This document shows, in pieces, positions 60,401 through 64,000 of a DNA stretch of 64,000 nt. The DNA is from Candidatus Poribacteria bacterium (GTDB lineage Bacteria > Poribacteria > WGA-4E > WGA-3G). How positions within the stretch are numbered: position 1 is the stretch's first letter; each line of letters starts with the position of its first letter. Location: contig OY762722.1 of the NCBI GenBank assembly GCA_963666305.1, forward strand, positions 130,037 to 194,036, read 5' to 3'. The position numbers and the translations under genes are program-made. The notes beneath the pieces are model-generated. The model worked only from the letters and a program-made list of their open reading frames with translations, was not told the DNA's origin and did no database searches.

Positions 60401-61910
60401 GCAAACGCGGATGTCGAGAAATCACAGCCGGTGGTGTGTCATCTCCCATTGAACCGACTGCCTCCTTCGCTTCCGTTATCATCGGTTTGATAAAGCGTTC
60501 CACGTCTTCAATCATATAGCCGAAAGCTTTTTGGTGTGTCGACAACTGTTCTGGAACAGCATCTGTCGTGACAGGCGATCCATTTTTTTCGGTCGGGAGC
60601 GTCACGATGCCTTTCTGGACCCACTCAGCGTAAGGTTTCTGATTGGCAATACTATGTTTAATCTCGGAATTTTTCAGCAATTTTCCTTGCGCTGTATCAA
60701 CAGCAATCATTTGCCCAGGTCCCAAACGTCCCTTTTCCACGACGCAACTGTCATCAAGTTCAATGATGCCAACTTCGGAGCCCATGACAACCGTACCGTC
60801 CTCTGTAACCTTATAGCGTGCGGGTCGTAATCCGTTTCTATCCAAACTTGCGCCGACAACAACGCCATCTGTAAACGCGACCGCCGCCGGTCCATCCCAA
60901 GGTTCGCTGACACATGCGAGATACTCGTAACAGGCTTTCAACTCATCCGGCATATCAGGAATCTGCTCATAGGCTTCAGGGATCAGACACATCATGGCAT
61001 GTAGGATACCGCGCCCAGAGTGTGTTAACAACTCTAAGACGTTATCCAAGCTCATCGAATCGCTTCCATGTGGGTTGATAATTGGAACGAGTTTTCGGAT
61101 GTCTTCGTTCCAGAGCGGGGATTGCAAGTCGGCTTCGCGCGCCCGCATCCAATTCTGATTGCCCATCAAGGTGTTGATTTCGCCATTATGCGCTAATGTA
61201 TGAAAAGGTTGGGCGAGCATCCATGTGGATGAGGTATTTGTACTGTAGCGTTGATGGAAAACGGCAAGTGCTGCCTGAAAATCAGGGTCTTTTAAATCAG
61301 GATAAAACTGGGTAAGCTGGGGTGCCACCAGCAATCCTTTATAGACAATCGTCCGATGTGAAAAAGAGGCGATATGGAATTCGTCGAGTGCTGCCGCTGT
61401 AACGCGATGCTCTAACTCTTTACATATCAGATACAAGCGTTGTTCAAAAGCATCATCGGCGAATTGCTCTGGACGTCCCACCAATACCTGCTGGATTTCC
61501 GGCAGCGTTTCCAGTGCCTTAGCACCGAGAGCGGAAAAATCATGAGGGACCGAACGCCATCCAAGGAGGGGAACACCGTACTGCTGTAATATCTCTTCAA
61601 CGATTGCGCGCCCCCGTGCCTGTGCATCTCGGTCGTGCCTCGGCAGGAAAATCACCCCGACCCCCATGTCATTTATCGAATCAAGGTGAACTCCGAGTTT
61701 CTGAAGTTCTTTTTGAAATATTTTCTCCGGAATTTGTGTTAAAATACCTGCGCCGTCTCCAGTTTTGGCATCAGCCGCCACTGCGCCTCGATGTGTCAAA
61801 TTCGTGACCGCTTGCACCGCCATCTTGATAATATCGTGGCTCCGATTTCCAAAACGGTTCGCGACAAAACCAACGCCACAGGCATCTTTTTCATTTAAAT
61901 CATTATACAT
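57417..61910 (-). CDS. gltB: glutamate synthase large subunit (single-chain, ferredoxin-dependent-type GOGAT)
   Basis: 1497 aa. N-terminal Ntn amidotransferase Cys (MYNDLNEKDACGVGF), FMN/3Fe-4S central domain and C-terminal GXGXG domain. No gltD is adjacent. Pro7 tail. Confidence 0.9.
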   Translation of the reverse strand: MYNDLNEKDACGVGFVANRFGNRSHDIIKMAVQAVTNLTHRGAVAADAKTGDGAGILTQIPEKIFQKELQKLGVHLDSINDMGVGVIFLPRHDRDAQARGRAIVEEILQQYGVPLLGWRSVPHDFSALGAKALETLPEIQQVLVGRPEQFADDAFEQRLYLICKELEHRVTAAALDEFHIASFSHRTIVYKGLLVAPQLTQFYPDLKDPDFQAALAVFHQRYSTNTSSTWMLAQPFHTLAHNGEINTLMGNQNWMRAREADLQSPLWNEDIRKLVPIINPHGSDSMSLDNVLELLTHSGRGILHAMMCLIPEAYEQIPDMPDELKACYEYLACVSEPWDGPAAVAFTDGVVVGASLDRNGLRPARYKVTEDGTVVMGSEVGIIELDDSCVVEKGRLGPGQMIAVDTAQGKLLKNSEIKHSIANQKPYAEWVQKGIVTLPTEKNGSPVTTDAVPEQLSTHQKAFGYMIEDVERFIKPMITEAKEAVGSMGDDTPPAVISRHPRLLYSYFKQRFAQVTNPPIDSIRERLVMSLTTHLGQQRSLLTETSEHARLIRVPSPILTNTDLQALRELNIPDFQVATLSVCFPVASGKQGLEEVLETLCQRASEAIDAGATILVLSDKEVSSDFAPIPMALAVGAVHHHLIREEKRMRASLIAETGDAREEHHFAVLLGYGAAAINPYLAFSTIVQLAEDGEFAELTPLGAIETYKATVEKGILKIMAKMGISAVSSYHGAQIFEALGINATVIDKCFTGTTSRLSGIGFAEIAAETLHFHAKAFSRSEGSASLEEAGYFRFRRNGEFHAYNPTVFKSLHRFVKGGKPEDYEKYAAAVEDGEPSSLRDLLAFKPSTPIPVEEVEPAEDIVRRFTTGSMSFGALSRETHETLAIAMNRLGAKSGSGEGGESSTRFKRQPNGDLASSAIKQVASGRFGVTPTYLISAKELEIKMAQGSKPGEGGQIPGHKVTAEIAALRHSVPGVPLISPPPHHDIYSIEDLAQLIYDLKQANPRAKVAVKLVSEFLVGTIASGVAKGYADVIQISGHEGGTGASPLSSIKNAGTPWELGLAETQRALVTNELRDRVVLRADGGMRSGRDIVIAAMLGAEEYGFGTIAMVATGCVMARQCHLNTCPVGVATQDPALRAKYPGTPEMVVNFMLGVASEVRVILANLGHRSLNDIIGRPELLQPVDLADYPKAGTLDLSEILTPADPTGTQPRYHLQERNNRDDISLDDRILKDAKDAILQKTSIQLSYPIRNTHRTVGAKLSGEIAMRYGDVGLPDRTIQCDFRGSAGQSFGAFCISGVQFALTGEANDYVGKGMAGGEIIIKPAPTAQFPTYKNTIIGNTVLYGATGGTLYAAGRAGERFCVRNSGATAVVEGVGDHGCEYMTAGTAVILGETGRNFGAGMTGGTVYVLDEKQQFEKKYNLDWVKLEKVTGETDIKNLMALIQNHAAYTGSEYAEKILTNWETFLSHFWKVITPPPPPPPAPVQLKRRATGRRSRKR

Positions 61911-62328
61911 TTGTAAACTGACTCTCCATACATTCTTCTATATTTTTTTCCATTGGCATTGTAGAGTGGACTCCCTGCGACTCGCCATTTGTATTTTATC
62001 TGCGGGGCGAGGTGTACGTGTCTTAGCCCTACTCCTTTTTATCAAGGGTACAAACAATCGAGAAACGGATTTAGTTTTCAAGGCTGGATAGGATGTTTCG
62101 TACGGCTTAAATCGGACGCTGACTACTCATATCCTGCCAGAGGTAGCGCGCCCCAAGGCAAGAAAACCTTTGGAATCAACGGCGATCCGCGATCGCGTCA
62201 ACGGTGATTCGCGACCGACTTGGCGGGCTTACATACTTCGGTTCGGTTCTCAGTCTTTGAGCCGAAACCGCCTATTGTCTTAATATTATACCCTAATTCA
62301 AGCCAAAAGTCAAAAAAATCCTCTCGTC

Positions 62329-63978
62329 TCAATAGCCGACTGCACATCCATCTCGTCTCGGATCTGAACCTGCGACAAGCGTGTCAAAGGACGGATTGAT
62401 AAAAATTGCTTGCCCACCTCCAAAAAAAGTAGGCCCGGGTATGATATGATGTCCTTTCTGCGCCAATGAGGCTTGCGTATTCATCGGAATGCCTGTCTCC
62501 AGCACAATCCGTGAGTCGTCCATCACCCGAAACCGAGGCGCGTCCAAGGCGTTCTGTACGTCCATATTGAAATCCACAAGATTGCTAACAAATTGTAAAT
62601 GTCCTTGTGCTTGCATTTGTCCACCCATGACACCAAAGGTGACCAAGGGAATCCCGTTTTGTGCAATCATACCGGGGATAATCGTATGCAGTGTACGTTT
62701 ATGTGGAGCAATACAATTTGCATGGTCGGGATTAAGCGAGAAACCTGCGCCCCGATTTTGTAACATAATCCCTGTATCACCAGCAACTAAGCCTGAACCA
62801 AACCCAGCGAAGAGACTGTTTATAAAAGAGACGACATTTCGCTCCTTGTCAACCGTACAGAGGTACACGGTATCACTTCCCATTGCAGGTACACCAGGAC
62901 TTGGATGCACACTCGCTCGTTCTGGTGAGATGCGCTCCCGCTGGCTTTTGGTATAGTCGTTGGAAAGTAGTCCATCTACTGGCACATCCACAAAGGTCGG
63001 ATCTGTCACGTATTCATAGAGATCCGCGAACCCCAATTTCATTGCCTCAATTGCATGGTGTAGATGTTCAGGACTGTTATGTCCCATCGTTCCGAGTTCA
63101 AACCCTTCAACGATGTTCAGTGCGAGGAGGGCAGCGATGCCCTGTCCATGTGGTGGTATCTCATAAACATCGTAGCCTCGATAATTGGTAGAAATCGGTT
63201 CTACCCAATCTGACCTGTGTTCAGTAAAGTCGCGTTGTGCAAATAATCCTCCGTTTTCATCGGAAAATTTCACGATCTTATCAGCAATTTCTCCTTGATA
63301 GAAGGCATCGCGTCCACCTTCTGCAATCAACCGAAAGGTCTGGGCAAGGTTCCGTTGATAAAAGATTTCTCCTGGTATCGGTGCTTTTCCATTCTGGAGG
63401 TATGTCCGCGCTGTGTCGGGGTGCTGTGCCAACATCTGCGCACTTTCTTGCCATGCGAGACTAATCTGTGGGCTGACAGGAAATCCTTTTTCGGCGTAAT
63501 TGATGGCAGGCTGGAGGACTTCCGCTAACGACATTGTTCCACATTCGTTAAGGAGCGTTGCCCATCCGTCAATTGTACCGGGGACAGTGACTGGATACAT
63601 ACTCCCAAAAGAAGGTATACTCATCAACCCCTGCTTGGTAAAGAATTCTGGTTCTGCTGCGTAAGGTGCTCGACCGCTTGCATTTAAGCCACGGATTACA
63701 CCATCTTTGGGTTGATAAACGAGCATAAAGGCGTCTCCACCGATGCCAGTTGACATTGGCTCAACGACGTTAAGTATTGCGGCAGTCGCGACCGCTGCAT
63801 CAACGGCGTTTCCACCCTTCTGTAAAATCTGCAACCCACCCTGCGCCGCGAGCGGCTGGCTCGTTGCAACTGCCCCATGTTGGCAGATAACTGCTGACCG
63901 TCCAGGTCCAAATTGGTTTGGGAAGTACCCATCAAACATCCATTTTCTCCTATTTTCAGACTGGTACCACTGTAGCAC
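62329..63978 (-). CDS. ggt: gamma-glutamyltransferase
   Basis: 549 aa. The catalytic Thr context MGSDTVYLCTVDKERN and the GGxxI/small-subunit motifs are present. Confidence 0.85.
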   Translation of the reverse strand: MLQWYQSENRRKWMFDGYFPNQFGPGRSAVICQHGAVATSQPLAAQGGLQILQKGGNAVDAAVATAAILNVVEPMSTGIGGDAFMLVYQPKDGVIRGLNASGRAPYAAEPEFFTKQGLMSIPSFGSMYPVTVPGTIDGWATLLNECGTMSLAEVLQPAINYAEKGFPVSPQISLAWQESAQMLAQHPDTARTYLQNGKAPIPGEIFYQRNLAQTFRLIAEGGRDAFYQGEIADKIVKFSDENGGLFAQRDFTEHRSDWVEPISTNYRGYDVYEIPPHGQGIAALLALNIVEGFELGTMGHNSPEHLHHAIEAMKLGFADLYEYVTDPTFVDVPVDGLLSNDYTKSQRERISPERASVHPSPGVPAMGSDTVYLCTVDKERNVVSFINSLFAGFGSGLVAGDTGIMLQNRGAGFSLNPDHANCIAPHKRTLHTIIPGMIAQNGIPLVTFGVMGGQMQAQGHLQFVSNLVDFNMDVQNALDAPRFRVMDDSRIVLETGIPMNTQASLAQKGHHIIPGPTFFGGGQAIFINPSFDTLVAGSDPRRDGCAVGY

Positions 63979-64000
63979 ACTCCATATTTTTTGTCAAATT

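Noticed and set aside
1-64000. Prophage, integron or transposon boundaries.
   Set aside because: I found no integrase, transposase, tRNA target, terminal inverted repeats or attC-like sites. The accessory genes (TA pair, NTase/VWA, metal island) are not flanked by recognisable mobility genes within the window.

Overview
This is a densely coded 64-kb bacterial chromosomal segment, about 50% GC, with genes on both strands. I found no rRNA, tRNA, CRISPR array, transposase or integrase. All domain calls below come from reading motifs in the translated ORFs, not from database searches.

Contents in order:
- **1-4.5 kb:** a HAD hydrolase, an epimerase-family protein, an aminotransferase and an E1-like ThiF/MoeB adenylyltransferase that is translationally coupled to an unknown 192-aa protein.
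- **4.7-5.5 kb:** a VapBC-like toxin-antitoxin pair.
- **5.5-8.0 kb:** a ferredoxin-type sulfite/nitrite reductase fused to a C-terminal TusA-like domain.
- **8-16 kb:** two Gfo/Idh/MocA dehydrogenases and a TIM-barrel isomerase, then a TPR lipoprotein, a PhyH-like dioxygenase, an SDR, an SRAP/YedK peptidase and a lone E1-alpha subunit.
- **16-21.9 kb:** a polytopic membrane protein, then a tightly coupled operon encoding a nucleotidyltransferase-plus-helical-domain fusion and a CoxE-type VWA protein with no MoxR ATPase nearby, then an alcohol dehydrogenase.
- **22-37 kb:** secreted VWA and terpenoid-cyclase-repeat proteins, followed by a copper/heavy-metal efflux island (CusA-like, a CusB-like adaptor carrying tandem heavy-metal-binding modules, two TolC-like genes, a YHS copper-binding protein and an outer-membrane barrel interrupted by an in-frame TGA).
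- **38-43.6 kb:** MsrP, an inhibitory-type serpin lipoprotein, an HExxH metallopeptidase-like protein, a metallophosphoesterase and a TPR protein.
- **43.7-45.6 kb:** a minimal bacterial-microcompartment locus with one BMC-H shell gene, PduL with an encapsulation peptide and a Cys-rich insert, and an unknown 248-aa cargo protein that also carries an encapsulation peptide.
- **45.8-54.3 kb:** an unusual secreted protein with Tyr/Arg-rich and Ser/Arg-rich repetitive tails, a Wzz-like protein, an ~860-bp noncoding stretch and a large outer-membrane protein.
- **54.6-64 kb:** an ExbB-ExbD-ExbD cassette with a tandem duplication of exbD, a ferredoxin-type GOGAT large subunit and a gamma-glutamyltransferase.

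The candidates most worth follow-up for novelty are the NTase-fusion/CoxE-VWA operon, the fragmentary microcompartment locus, the SR-rich secreted protein and the sulfite-reductase-TusA fusion.
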